A stretch of DNA of 64,000 bases, taken from assembly GCF_000150275.1 (NCBI RefSeq), contig NW_002060945.1:9254011-9318010 (forward strand), read 5' to 3'. This DNA comes from Trichoplax adhaerens. Lineage: Eukaryota; Animalia; Placozoa. Position 1 is the first letter of the stretch. Each line of letters starts with the position of its first letter. The notes beneath the pieces are model-generated. The model saw only the letters and a program-made list of their open reading frames with translations. It was not told the DNA's origin and did not search any database. Below are positions 26,301 to 39,717 of this stretch, piece by piece. A program made the position numbers and the translations under genes.

Positions 26301-29300
26301 TGAATTTACTAATTAATTTAAGAATTGAAAATATGGATTACTGATACCACTATATCATATGTTACTAATCATAGCTATTAGGGGATAGTTACATAATGAA
26401 TTACATTCGACGTTAATCCTTTTACGTTGGTTCGCTGGAGTATAACGTATTTACTGTTATTGCAAATATTTATTTTTAAGCTAGGGCATTCTTGACAGGG
26501 ACATCTGAGAAGAAATTCTGAAATTTCCCCTTAAAAGTCCCTATTCTTGAGATGATCTAGCGCTAAAAGTATTAGACTTTATCAAAATGATGGCTCGTCT
26601 CTCTAGTATTTGCATAACATTATAAGGTTGGTTCTATCAGTGCTTATGATAGCAAGAATTGGAGAATGCATGCAAACGAAATTTGTTCGTTATAAGAGAT
26701 AGTTTAATTGATGCAACATGATCGTAGATAGAACCGTAAATATGAATTTACCTATGGCGTTCTTTACCTGATACTCTCTCTAAGGTTTTTTGCATGAACT
26801 GCATGGGTTCATTGGAAGTGTTTGTTGGACTTCCATCATTAGACTGTTCACCTTCTGTGGAGGCTAGTTTTCCTGAATAGAGTTGATTAAAATCAATCAG
26901 AATAGTCCTTTTACCTAAGACCACTAGTAGTATTCATTTTTAAAGCGCATAACACAAATAGACGGAGTAAATTCCTTCAATTTGAATAAATCGTTATCAC
27001 AGAATTCCACCTTCTATAAATATATCAAAAATAATCTATTTTGTATCCATTAGGAATAATGCACCAAGATAGATTAGTTCTATAATCTTGGTGATTAAAT
27101 TGCAATTATTAAGTTTTATACAGTAGTAAGTGAAATTTTCATGCAATGGAATAGATCAGTTCTTATAACCAATAACAACAATCGAAAAATTTCTTTTAAA
27201 TTATTCATCTCAATATCCAATTTATATTTCAATGTGAATTCCAACAGGATAATATTGAAATAATAGTAGTGTTACCCATGAAAGTCGAGAGATAATACTT
27301 TAATTAATTATTAATGAACGTTTTTAATGTAAATAAGCAAGTATCTATGGCCTAGTATAAAATAACGATAAAGAATTATCTCGATCATCGATACATAAGA
27401 CTTTATGATATTAACTCAAGCCCTCAAAAATAGGAATAAATTCATTTAGCCTAACAGATATGAACTACTGATAAATCACTTTTACTAGTTAATGTTTAAA
27501 TGTAATATCTATGTAAAGGCTAATATAACATTGTTTAATGGATCCTTAGCAATAAATGTTCTATTCTAACGACTAAAATGGTTAAGGGTTGCTACAAATT
27601 TAATACAAGATATTACATGTTGCATCAGACATTAAACTTAAAAGTAAATACTACAGACGTAATCTCAGAGTCATTATCATTCTGCATTGCTCCAAAGTTT
27701 GTACAAATAACCACTACGGTAAGCTTGGGATCGAGATGGAAAGAGAGGTACAAAATTGGATTAGTAAAAATATTAAGCTACTACGAATGTTATTGCAGCC
27801 AATCTTTTAATAGAAATCATCCTGAATACTAAACGGATGAACAGAACAGATTCTTATTGATTATAGTACGAACAGCTTTGAAGCAATTTAGAAGAAATCT
27901 ACCGTTTAACCTGCAAAATTTACTCAAGATAGTATCGCCAATAAAAATAAAATCGATTTATTTGTTGATGCCGACAAGACGTTAGATAGTAGTGCGATGC
28001 TTTGGGTGACAGTGAAAGATAGGATTAAAGAAACATAGAGACGATATGAACTAAGAGAAATCTCTTACCGTAATTGCCAAACGAATCTGCTCTTCGCCTT
28101 AATTCATGAATTTCCACTTGCTTATTACCGACCTTCTTTTTTAGTGATTCATTCTCTTTCCTTAACGATTCCTTTTCGGCTAATAAAATATGAAGTTATC
28201 GATATTATTCAAGTATCATAGCAGGATTGTAAGAGAATGGTTGCGGCGATATATAATTACTGTTAAATTAATGTACATTTTAATTAGAATGGTATATATG
28301 AACGAGCATAAACTATAGTTTGGAATAAGATGAGCATGGATAACGAGGCAATCTGATGCCATTACTGATCGTAAATGAAGCTCTTGCTAAAATCTAAGAG
28401 CAGGACTAGAAGGCCTAAATCTATGCAACGATTACATTCTAATCCACTACTCGAATAACTTAGTAGAATTGACAATATCCCATTGCTAGATTATAATCAT
28501 CAGCGTGAGATATTCCATTTACTAATTTCATCATCATATTACTTAATCTAATCTATTGAAGCGATCTTAATAAAAGGTGTTAGACTGTCTAGCAAGTGTA
28601 GGATGTTAGCGGATGGTGTGGATATCGGCTAATAAAGTGTTAAGTAATCGATATTCTGCAAGTATTGTAACAAGATTGAACAGATGTGAGGCTATGGTAG
28701 TACATCGATACTGTTAATATACATTGTAATTGTAATTGGATCCATGCACGAGCGAAAACTATAATTTCGAATAAGGTGAGCATGGATTCCGATGGAATCT
28801 GATGCTATTGCTAATCCTAAATGAAGACTCTTACTGAAATCTCTAGGCAGGAAAGATGACCTAAATCAATGCAACGATTGCCTTCCAATCGACTACTCCA
28901 ATAACTTCAAATCTGCAAAGATAGATCAATCAACGAGTAAGATTGTCGATATCTTATTGCTCGATTAACAGCATGCGATGCTCTGTTTACTAATACTATC
29001 GGGTTATTCAATTGAATTTATTGAAGCGATGATAGCAAAAATGGAACTCAATAAAAAGCGTTGAAAGGTGTTTGTTTCTTGTTCATTTTCAATCGACTAG
29101 AAAAGTCTTTCTCATTTTACAGTCAAATTTTCATTCTTTTTGTCCTTTACAAAGTTCTGTTTACTAATTTCATCATGTTATTCAATCTAATTTATTGAAA
29201 GGATCATAGTAAGGGTAGAGCGGTCGAACAAATGTTGAATGCTATTTGTTTCTTGTTCATTTTTAATCCATTCGAAAAGTATATATGCCGCCAACTTTAA

Positions 29301-29677
29301 AATTTTCTATTTTACTGAGAAATTCAAATTCTTTATATTCTTTACAGAGCTGTTATCAAACTTTATACCAATATTGTCAATGGGTGCAATAAAAGAATCG
29401 ATTTAAGAAGCTTTAATGATACGTATGTTGCCATTTTACGTGGTTATCGTGTCTTGCCGTATTGCTGCCGACTATCTTAATGTCGATTTATGTCTTCAAA
29501 AAATGAATTTATTTGCTATCCTTTTCTATGCCTATAAGCAAGCCATTGTGTCTCGACTTATTCAAAATTGGAAACGTGATTTAGACAAGATCAATGATAT
29601 AATTTACCTTCTAAATTCCAAATTTTATCCACAAGCCTTTTGGACTCAACACCTTTGCCAGCACCTTCAGTTTCCAT
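23385..29677 (-). CDS. Uncharacterised 391-aa coiled-coil protein with C-terminal CaaX box (CCCCSIL)
   Basis: Twelve exons: 29677-29608, 28179-28069, 26872-26768, 25978-25874, 25678-25574, 25362-25258, 25155-25036, 24930-24799, 24653-24543, 24367-24311, 23787-23710, 23461-23385. All introns are GT-AG and phase 1, and the frame stays open. An in-frame TAA immediately precedes the ATG. Confidence 0.8.
26165..26380. repeat. Intronic tandem duplication, about 130 bp x2
   Basis: AAATATGAATTTA.TAATT.ATTTAAGAATTGAAAATATG.ATTACTGATA.CACTATATC occurs twice. Confidence 0.75.
28300..29280. repeat. Degenerate intronic duplication (about 450 bp period) plus partial copies
   Basis: GAGC..AAACTATA.TTT.GAATAAG.TGAGCATGGAT...AATCTGATGC.ATT.CT.ATC.TAAATGAAG occurs at about 28304 and 28750. 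TTTACTAAT...TATTGAA recurs at about 28520, 28985 and 29160. Confidence 0.7.
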
Positions 29678-30974
29678 TTATGTGAATTCTCGAGGCTACT
29701 TACGTCTGCTGGTATGGCTAGAAATTATTCAACCCTTGGCTTTAATGATATCAATCTTCTTGATTGGCCAGTAGCAACCTATATTATAGTCGTAATAGAT
29801 TGTCTATTGAATGGATATTGACTATTTGGTGTTTATGTTGACAGATACCATCTGGAGGACGTGAACCTTCAACACTAATAAATAAAAAATGTCCTTATAA
29901 CTATTGTTTTCGGCTCTAATTCAATTTCTACCTTTGGATAATACTATTCTTGTCAGTAAAATTTCTTCTTGTTGACAGTATGGAAATGGGTAGCAATAAT
30001 TCCTTCCTCTGCTGTACCAAAAGGTTTATATATCCAAGATTAGCAAAATCATGATGATCGATAACGCTGCAAATGGCACAGTAGCTTACAGATTGGCTGC
30101 CTTAATTAATCGTTGACTTGTTTTCAAGTTTACCGGCAGCAGCGTTCAATTCTATTGCAACAGTGTGAATTAGATATGTATGTCGATATTATTAACGAGC
30201 ATCAAAAGACTCTACAGTTACGACAATAGGTTAATCTGCGGGATAGCGGCAAAATCAAGCTAATCTTTCTTCATCATAAGATCATTTCAATCATAAAGTA
30301 ATTCTCGAATTGATCCATGATCATTAGCAGTACTCTGCAAGACGTTGTACTGCAATACTATCAACTATTGCACACTATCCAAGACTTTCAAGCGACTATC
30401 AAAGAGCTCATTGGCAATGGAATAACAAAGTAGGAATAAACTCACTGTCTTGGTCACAATCTCGATTCTTTCAGTTCTTATTTACGTCTTTTAGTTCGGT
30501 AGTTGTTCAATTTTGGCTTAGGCAACGATAATTCAATAGCAGAGGGGATAAATGACCTCAAAATTGTCATCGAGAATTGAGGAGAAAACCAGCGTCGAGC
30601 GACTAACTTATTGTAGGAAGCAACCTACCAATCGATGGATAGGCAAGCTTATTTATTGATATAGTGTTTATTATGGTGGATAGAGCAAGAACTTAATGAC
30701 TTTTGCCTCGTAAATTGCAATTATAATAATATACGCATATACTTATTAAAAGCCGTCATTCACAGGCAGACAATTGGACAGACAAAAAGCAAAATAATAT
30801 TTCTATGGATAGCAAGGTAGAAACGATAGGTTATTTCATACATGCATCCTCCAGGATTACTCCATAGGTGGATTGATTGGAAGCTTGCAATATGGATTTT
30901 AACCACGTTAATTGAGTTAGTGTTTTCCTCACTAAATGACTATTTAACAATCACACGCTGAGATGAAGATGGAA

Positions 30975-32890
30975 ATTAGAATCGAGTTGTAGCGGCTCGT
31001 CTCTTGATTAAAATTTTGTACTTAAGCATTATGGAAAGGAAACTATTTTAAAGTTGCAAACTGAGGTCCTGTACCTATCGAAGTGAGTGTTTTATTTGGC
31101 TTTTGCCGACGACATGATAGAAGTAAAGATTTCTAAAATCAACGGAAATCGAGTTGTAGCAGCTCGTCTCTTGATTAAAATTTTGTATATAAGCATTATG
31201 GAAAGGAAGCAATTTTAAAGTTGCAAACTGAGCTACTATACCTATCGAAATGAGTATTTTATTTAGATTTTGCCGACGACATGATAGAAGTTAAAATTCC
31301 TAAAATCAACAGCTAGAAAGACTAAAATACTTTTTCAGAAAAGGAAAATATCAATGGATACTTAGGCAAGAAAATGTCTAAAATGCACCATGAAGTATTC
31401 GGCTGGCAGAGTAAAAGGGAATACTGTTTGTTGTTTACTGGCAACATTATGCAGTAGTAAACAAATGTTCCTAGAATTAGCTGATAGGCTGGCTTATATA
31501 ATTCTGCCTTATACAGTAAAAGTGATTCCTTTTATCGTTTGCCGACGACATTATGTAGCAGTTAATAAATATTCCCTAGCACAGCATGATAGACGTAAGG
31601 TGTACAATTATGGGGACTTCTCACGCCTGTAAACGCTTACATTTTTGGCCTTTTATCGACAATATTATGAAATAAAGATTCCTAGAATAAGCCAATAGAA
31701 TGACTGAAAAAGAAAATACTTTAATTCCTAATGAAATCTCTTTCCAATAGCTAATACTTTTGGCGTTTTCCGACGATGTTACAGTAAATAAATATTTCTA
31801 GAACAACCTGATATACACTAGGAATACAACGATAAGTGTAAACTTCTACTCCTAGAATGAATAGATCAAAGGGTATTAAAAAGACTGAAAAAGAAAATGT
31901 AGATCCTGTACATCCATTAAGCAAGGAAAGACTTAAATTACCTAATCAAGCCATTTTCTAACAGCTAATGCTGTTTAACAATCATTAACTGACAATATTA
32001 TAGTAAATAACTATTTCCTAGAACCACCTGATATACGATAGGAATACAACGATAAGTGTAAACTTCTACTCCTAGAATGAAAAGGTCGAAGGGAAAAGAC
32101 TGAAAAAGAAATTGTTGATCCTGTACATCCATTAAGCAAGGAAAGACTTAAAATACCTAATCAAACTTCTTTCTAACAGCTAATGCTGTTATCATTAACT
32201 GACGATATTATAGTAAATAGCTATTTCCTAGAACCACCTGATATACACTAGGAATACAATGATAAGTACGAACTGCTAGCCCTAGAATAAACCAATAGAA
32301 AGGAAAAAGATTGAAAAAGAAAATATCAATACTGTACGTCTAGATATTAAGCAAGGAAGTACTTAATATACTTAGTGAAGCTTCCATCTATAACTATAGA
32401 AGCAAATACTTTTATCCTTTACTGGCGATATTGTCATAAATAAATATCACCTAGTGCAACCCGATCCACGTCTGTTAAAGGAATACAATTTGAAGTAGGA
32501 GCTCTACTCCTATGAGCGCTAACATTTCTTTCGCCTTTTCTCGATGACATGAAATAAAAAATTCCTAGAATAAACTGATACAAAGACTGAAAAAATTTGT
32601 AAATGCGAATACATACTTTACTCAAGAAAATGTTTAAAATACCTAAAGAAGCTTCCTTTTAGTATAGTAGCAGCGAATACTTTTGTCGTTTACCGACAAT
32701 ACTACAGAAATGAATATTCGCTAGAACAACCTGATATACACTGGGGAGTGCAGGTAGAAGTATGAGCTTTTACTTGTAAGCGCTTATAATCTTTTACCTT
32801 TATCGATGACATCAGAGAACTGAAAATCCCTTGACATGAATCAATGTAAAGACTTCAAAAGAAAATGCCAATGCATTCGTTAAGCAAGAT
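30975..32890. repeat. Degenerate tandem-repeat array (units about 170-240 bp)
   Basis: Two near-identical units of about 168 bp (AATCGAGTTGTAGC.GCTCGTCTCTTG at about 30980 and 31147), then diverged units sharing CCTAGAAC.ACCTGATATAC, GACTGAAAAAGAAA and TTAAGCAAGGAAAG. Confidence 0.85.
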
Positions 32891-35548
32891 TTTTCAGCGG
32901 TGTATAAAAGCATCGTTGAAAGTGAGATAATAAATTTTGGAAGAATCAATCACCCAAATTATTTTATAAATGGTTTATCCATAAAATTTTAAGTACTCCT
33001 GTCTTGGCTGAATTTGACGTTCATAGTTAGATATCGCATTCTTGATTTTATTTTAAAATGGCAATACTTATACCCACCGCTCTGCTGATTTACTGCATAT
33101 TGTTAATATTATAAGTTATAAATGAATCTGTATTTTATCATTTACTGCTCATGTGTGTACAGTAGGTACTTAAAAGCATAGTAGATTGTAGTAAAATGAT
33201 TTGGGAAGTAATTATTGACTTATTAGAAATTGGCAACACATTTATACCTGTCCATTTGCTCATTTATATTATTTTATAAATACAATAAGTGATGAATTTA
33301 TATTTTACCATTTGCTATCAATGTGTTATGGCCTTGTAAAATAGAGTAAATTGCAGTAAAATGATTGGAAGAGCAATTATAGACTCTCTTTGCAATCAAA
33401 TTGCAATGAAAGAATTTGAAGAGCGATTATCGACTTATTATAAAATGTAATACATCTATACTAGCCTCTTTGCTCACTTACAATATTCATTCATGCTACA
33501 AGTTATACGTACTAATGTCAGTCTCTGCAAGTTATGAATCTACTTGTATATTTAATATATTTGTTATGCACATGGACTGGCATTATAAAGTATAGTAGAT
33601 TGAAGTAAAATAATTGGAAGAGCGCTTAGGCTGTCGGTGTATTTGACCTAACTTAACCGACAGAATATAGATGATTAGATATAAATGGCATTGGATTTGC
33701 TTTCTAGCTTGTATCATAAGCCAACTAAAAAAGAAGACTCCGGCCAGGTACTCGTATATCATCGTTACCGTCGCTGTCTAAAATTAACAGTCAATATAAA
33801 GAAAACTATAGCCTTCCTATCTTTCCTATCTCTGAAATTATTCTCTCTAGTCAATTTATAATTTCAATAAATATTCTACTGCAGCTATAGCCGTACTAGA
33901 ATATTATTTAGACAACCTTAAGGAATCATAACTTGAATCGGTATAGCATAGTGTATACCGACGTTTGAAATCAGGGATTGGCCGACAGTATCTGTAGTAG
34001 GATGGTAAATATGCTGTAAGGCACCGAAATCCAAACGAATTGATACATAGCACGATCTTAATTATTTTTTATTTGCCATTCTCATGCATGGTGTGCCATT
34101 CATAATTGTTATATATTAAAAATGGAGTGAAAGTTGTTTTAAATGGAGGAATTAGCTTAACGTAATACTGGTACGATTACTTGACGATAATCTTTCATTC
34201 CCCACTACGTTGAGTTAAACGATAGTAATTAAGCTACCATTGATAATTGCTATGTGTATGTTCCTTTCAAGGATTTTGATTTAGGATAGCATTGACTGCC
34301 GGTAAGAGTAGGCCAACGACGTAAAAGTGTCGAAATAGTCCTGGTTGTAGGACATCATTTCAGAGAAAATTGTTGTCTTATTTCTGTGGTACTGTAATAT
34401 TGCAGAATCGAATAATGAGCTACTTAATTAAACTCCGCCTTGTTGTCTTCTCTGTCAATATTTAACAGATTTTTGCAATTAGCTTCAGTTATGAGAGATT
34501 TCGAATGGAAATACAGTCGAAATAGGGCCCCGTTGGTACATAAACATAAACTAGTCGCGGTTTACGCAATGTCCGAAGCTATCCCGACTTGCGTTATTTA
34601 GCATGATGGGACTCGTTTTACCTTGTGTTATACATTATTGTAATACAGTCCGAAAATAGCTTCAGATGGAGGTTATAATGCGGCCATTATGCATAATGGT
34701 GATCCATTGTAGACGAATAGATTGAAGATAGATATTCGTTGGTAATTAGTCTGACGAATCAATTTGTGGAATAAGTTGTAATTTGACAGGAAATTGAAAT
34801 TCTAGTCACAATAGTCTGGAACGCTTTATCGCCATTATACAATGATAATGTCTAGATCTAGTTCGAACATTTATTTCTGTAAAAGAAATCCTTTCACTGC
34901 TGCATGTGATTGCAATAACAAATTGTCAGTAGATACTTGAAGTAGGACGAACCTTTCCATTATACAGACAATCGGATAAACAGCGAGTCTGGTAATAAAA
35001 TAAACCCTGCCGGGCTGCTTATAGTGTTAAATTGAATTAATGTACTCTAGCCGAACCCATTAACTGTGGCTTAACTTGTAATATAATACACAATACAATT
35101 ACATTTATATTAAAGCTTAACATAGCATGCATTAGTATTTAGCTTGAGTAGTAGGGAAAAAGTGGCTAGGTTTAAATTCCCTATTGAGGACTAAACAATG
35201 CTTTAATAACTGCGATTTTAGGGCGAGGCTATATTTTATAGACTATTATAGTGGAAGGGGAAATTATTGGTTACTTTAGTATTTATTAATAGCAATAGTA
35301 CTCGTATAAAGAATCAATAGCTAATAGCCCAATGACTAGAAAGGGCTTATGGCACTGGAGCTCATGAGTCTAGGTTATAGTAATCTAGTGTGTAAGCGAG
35401 AGGATTAATGGAGCACTATGGGACACTATACAATATTGATTCCATCAACAACAGGGCTACCATGGCAGCAGACTAGTAGCAGCCAATTTCACCTCCATTA
35501 TCAATCAACCGCTTTCTTATATAGAATTAACACTAGGATTACCTACAG

Positions 35549-35590
35549 CATGGACAACTAGAAAAAGCGGGCTTTTTCTAGTTGTCCATG
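35549..35590. mobile_element. 42-bp miniature inverted-repeat element with 7-bp target-site duplication
   Basis: CATGGACAACTAGAAAAAGC-GG-GCTTTTTCTAGTTGTCCATG has perfect 20-bp arms and is flanked on both sides by CCTACAG (35542-35548 and 35591-35597). Confidence 0.8.
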
Positions 35591-38500
35591 CCTACAGCTA
35601 TAGCAATTGCACTATTTTCATAATGATCATGGTAAACTGATGCGCTTATCACTGCAGAACATATTATTCTGAGTTTTGAACGGCTTAAAGGCATTAATTT
35701 AAGGTATAATGTAGGATAAAATAATATTCCCTAATAATTATTATTCTACAGGTATCCAAAAAATAATCTAATATCATTAGCGGAACTTCTGTACTCCTAA
35801 ATTGACCTAATTTATGAAATAATATTATTTGAGGGCTATTTAAAAATATGTCGTCGATAAATTTTCAACATGTAGTTAACATAATAGTCTACTCTTCGCC
35901 GTATTAGTTTGTAGAGTTTAATCAATTTCAGACAGATACTTTTCTTACATATTTTAAAAAGTTAAATGTCCTTACAATTACTGATATTACAGAATATCAA
36001 AATGTAATGTTACTATTAACAAATACATAACTGATATCACATTGAATAAGGCATTTAGTTATTAAAATCATCTTATCTAAGCATTTATCTCTACTACCGT
36101 ATTATCGAAACTTGCGAAAAATCATACCAATCTTTTTGATAAACTGTATATTGTAACTAAAAATAATGAAATTCATCCCACAATTAGAGGATATTAATAG
36201 CATAGTAAAAATAAATGGCAAGAACTAAAAGTATCAATTAATCGTATCTACTAATGAACCATATTATTGATGCTGTTCTATTTTTAATATATTGATTTAT
36301 CATAAGCTTAATACCTTCTTAGAATGAAAAGAATAAAAAATAATTTATATGAATTGGATGTATTATCCTCATCAACTAGTTGGCCATATAATAATGAAAT
36401 TCTATTTTTAATATATTGACTTGTTATTAGCTAAATATCTTTCGAAATGACAGGAATGACCATAATTACTGCATTCATTACATCCGTATCTTAACATATA
36501 GTTTGTGCACCTTAACATATACCGAAGCTGTCATATGCCAAATTTATATTTTATTGCGATACTATGTTGTAAAATTAATAAGATATCGAATTTTCAATCA
36601 GATTCAAACTTAATCATAGACAGATTTTGATACTTGTTGATATTGTCAAAAATCATCACTTTTATATGCACTAGAAATTAAATTAAGAAGTTAACGTGTT
36701 ACATGATTTATTGGCTTTAATTTAATGATGAATTTTAAAATTACTTAAAATAAATATTTTTTACTCCTAAAAATCAAAAAGAGTAAGCTAGGAAAATTGT
36801 AATTATGAATGTTACATTTTAATAGAATATTTTTGTGTATTCGTACCATAACGATTAAATTGATAAAATTAACAGGACAGTCAAAACTGTAATCTGGATA
36901 ACTTTACGTATATATTCTATAAAACTGCCAATATAACGTATTAATTATTATTTCGGTTGGCTCAAGGTTACTTTATTTGGTATATGCTGACTTGGAGAAA
37001 TTTATAGGAACCTATAGAAAATTACAACTATTTATGCTGCCTAGTCCGGTATTGTTCGGAACTTACACTAATGGGAAGTGGCAGTGGAAAAAACACGCCG
37101 ACATAACTTTCTATGCATATAACAGATTACCGTTATTGTGAGAGAGCATATCCAGATAAAAGAAATAAATCTATAAATACTAGTTCAATTGCCTAATTCT
37201 GATTACGAAAGACGCTTTAATTAATAAGTAGGTCATGCCGAAATTACTGTTGGTATAATTTTATCGAAGTGACGATACTTACATTCAAGCAGCCACCTGA
37301 AGAATAGAAAATAAGAAGGATTCTTTCTTGAAAGTTCATACTGGATAAACTTATTCTGGAATATCATTTAATTTTACTTTTAGATACTGTTGTAAAATAT
37401 GATGTATCTATTTACTATTAAACAATTTTTAATGAAGGACAATCGCTTGTGACTAATATTCTCTCAACTGTTAACGGTTAGTCATTATATTATCGCTAAA
37501 TTGACGCTGTCTTTCAGTTAATTATTAGCGTGATAATAACTTAATCTATTTAAAGATTCAGCATTGAAGAATTTAACTTTCCAGTTGAAATTAAAATGCG
37601 CATGGCGTTATCAAACAACTTATTCATTATGTTGGCGACAGAACTTATTAACATCAATTTTAAAAGACCCTACAACATGTAGCACTATAACTACACTACT
37701 TTAATATAAAAATATTCCCTTACTGTGTAATCTGACCTACGACCTGTTTTTATCTATTCCTTGAAAACTACTGTCTACTTATGGTTATAGAAAATTCAAT
37801 ATCACCCTTAAATATAAAAGAAAGTAATATAATAAAGAATGAATTGATTTCTTAAGAGTCAGATGTTAACAACTACTCTAAATGATTTCTAGCTAAATAT
37901 AACATGACCTTAATTATTCGTCTTGGAAACTGGTTGAATGTCAGTTATTTTTAGTTCAATAAAATAATAACCATTTCAATATACAGTAAATCACTTTCAA
38001 AGTAGATTTTAATTACGCCTCTGAGTGACAATCACACGTTATAAATCATTGACACAAGCAATTATAATAGCTAGCTTTTGAAGTAGAAAATGATGAAAAA
38101 AGTCGATACAAATTTTAATGCAATCATGAATAATTAGACGATGAAACTAAAAATTGTAGTAATCATGATTAATAAAATATATTTTCCATTCATCTCGTTA
38201 CAAAAGTGAGCATCGTTTATAGACTGTTGTATGAGAATTGATTCACGTCAGAGATTTGATGACTTTAAAGTCAATTCGTCATTTACGTCAATAAGGTATT
38301 GTATTCATTTGTACCCATTCATGACATGGCTAACTCTAAATTAAGCTATCATTTTATATGCCTAAAGGAATTAAGATAATTTATTTTAATGGCATCATTA
38401 ATTCCATCAAGGTCATCTAAATTTATATTCTATTTAGATTGAAAGCACTCATTATCATGAAACTAGCAACAAGTTGAAATTGGATAGCAAGAAGAAATTG

Positions 38501-39717
38501 AAATAATCCCCCAATTATTTTGATAATTCATCTAAATAATCCATTGGTGATAATAAAAATAATGATTTGATCCAATCAACACCTCTAACCCATGGCTATG
38601 GCATGAAACTCAAACTTATATAAGTATAGAAAACACTACAAGGTATCTGTCTCTTTCTTATGTATACCATGATGATTGGATCAATCATTTGAGTATATGC
38701 AGCCTTGATTAAACTTTATCATCACATGATGATTGGAATGGATTGTTCGCCACCTGATTAGTTACGTCATTCTTTATCTTGTCTACCTCGATAGCTAAAT
38801 TGCCATAGCAACCGGATTGCTGGTCTTATTATCGTCACAAATTGTTTTTCTACTTGTTATTGCTAAAACAGGACAATAATATAATCGAAGCAGAAGAGCT
38901 CCTCTACTTTTGTCTCATAACTTTCTACAAGGGTCGTGTTATAATCAATGCAGTCTTTTCTTCTCATTTATTATTAAAAAAAACAAAAATCTACCACTAA
39001 GGCAAATTATACAAACCCATTGACAACGATACAACTTGTTGAATTTGAACAGCGAACTAGATTGGCGAATTTGCATAGACGTCCTCAAATTGATGTCGTC
39101 TTCGTTTCTTTTTGGTTATTCCTCAACATAAGATAGTATTTTTAACCCTAAAGTGTAGCTCAACAAAAAACTAATCGATATTAAGTCATTACAACGCTAA
39201 TTCTAAATTATTTCTTCTCCAAATTGTTTCAAATATCGGATCGACTATTGAACATCTTGAGCTATCCCATCCTCCAACAGGTTATACCCATTAATCTTGC
39301 CATCGTATCAAGTATCCATTTACTTTACTCCTCAAGGATAGCCATTAATCGAATAGCAAGCTGATTAGAAATAATATTGGATCATAAAATTCCTCAATCC
39401 GCATAAAGACTTATTATTCCAATTGAAACCATTTAAAAAAAGAAATCGCTTTACATTCCATTAAAATAATTGGATTGATACTATAGATTGCACACATCAA
39501 TTTATTCTTTCCGTCGCGATATTGCTTAACTTCATAGGCTTCAGCCTTAAATATTAATATCCAGAGATCAAGAATAGTATGTATTGACTCTCATTGGCAT
39601 TAATCCATTGGAAAATCACTTTATAACTCTGCTTTTAGATATCCTACATAATTATTGGCTATTGTCTACAAGAGTAAGAAAACGTTTCCAACTTACCGTT
39701 GATTGTATTACCCAAAG

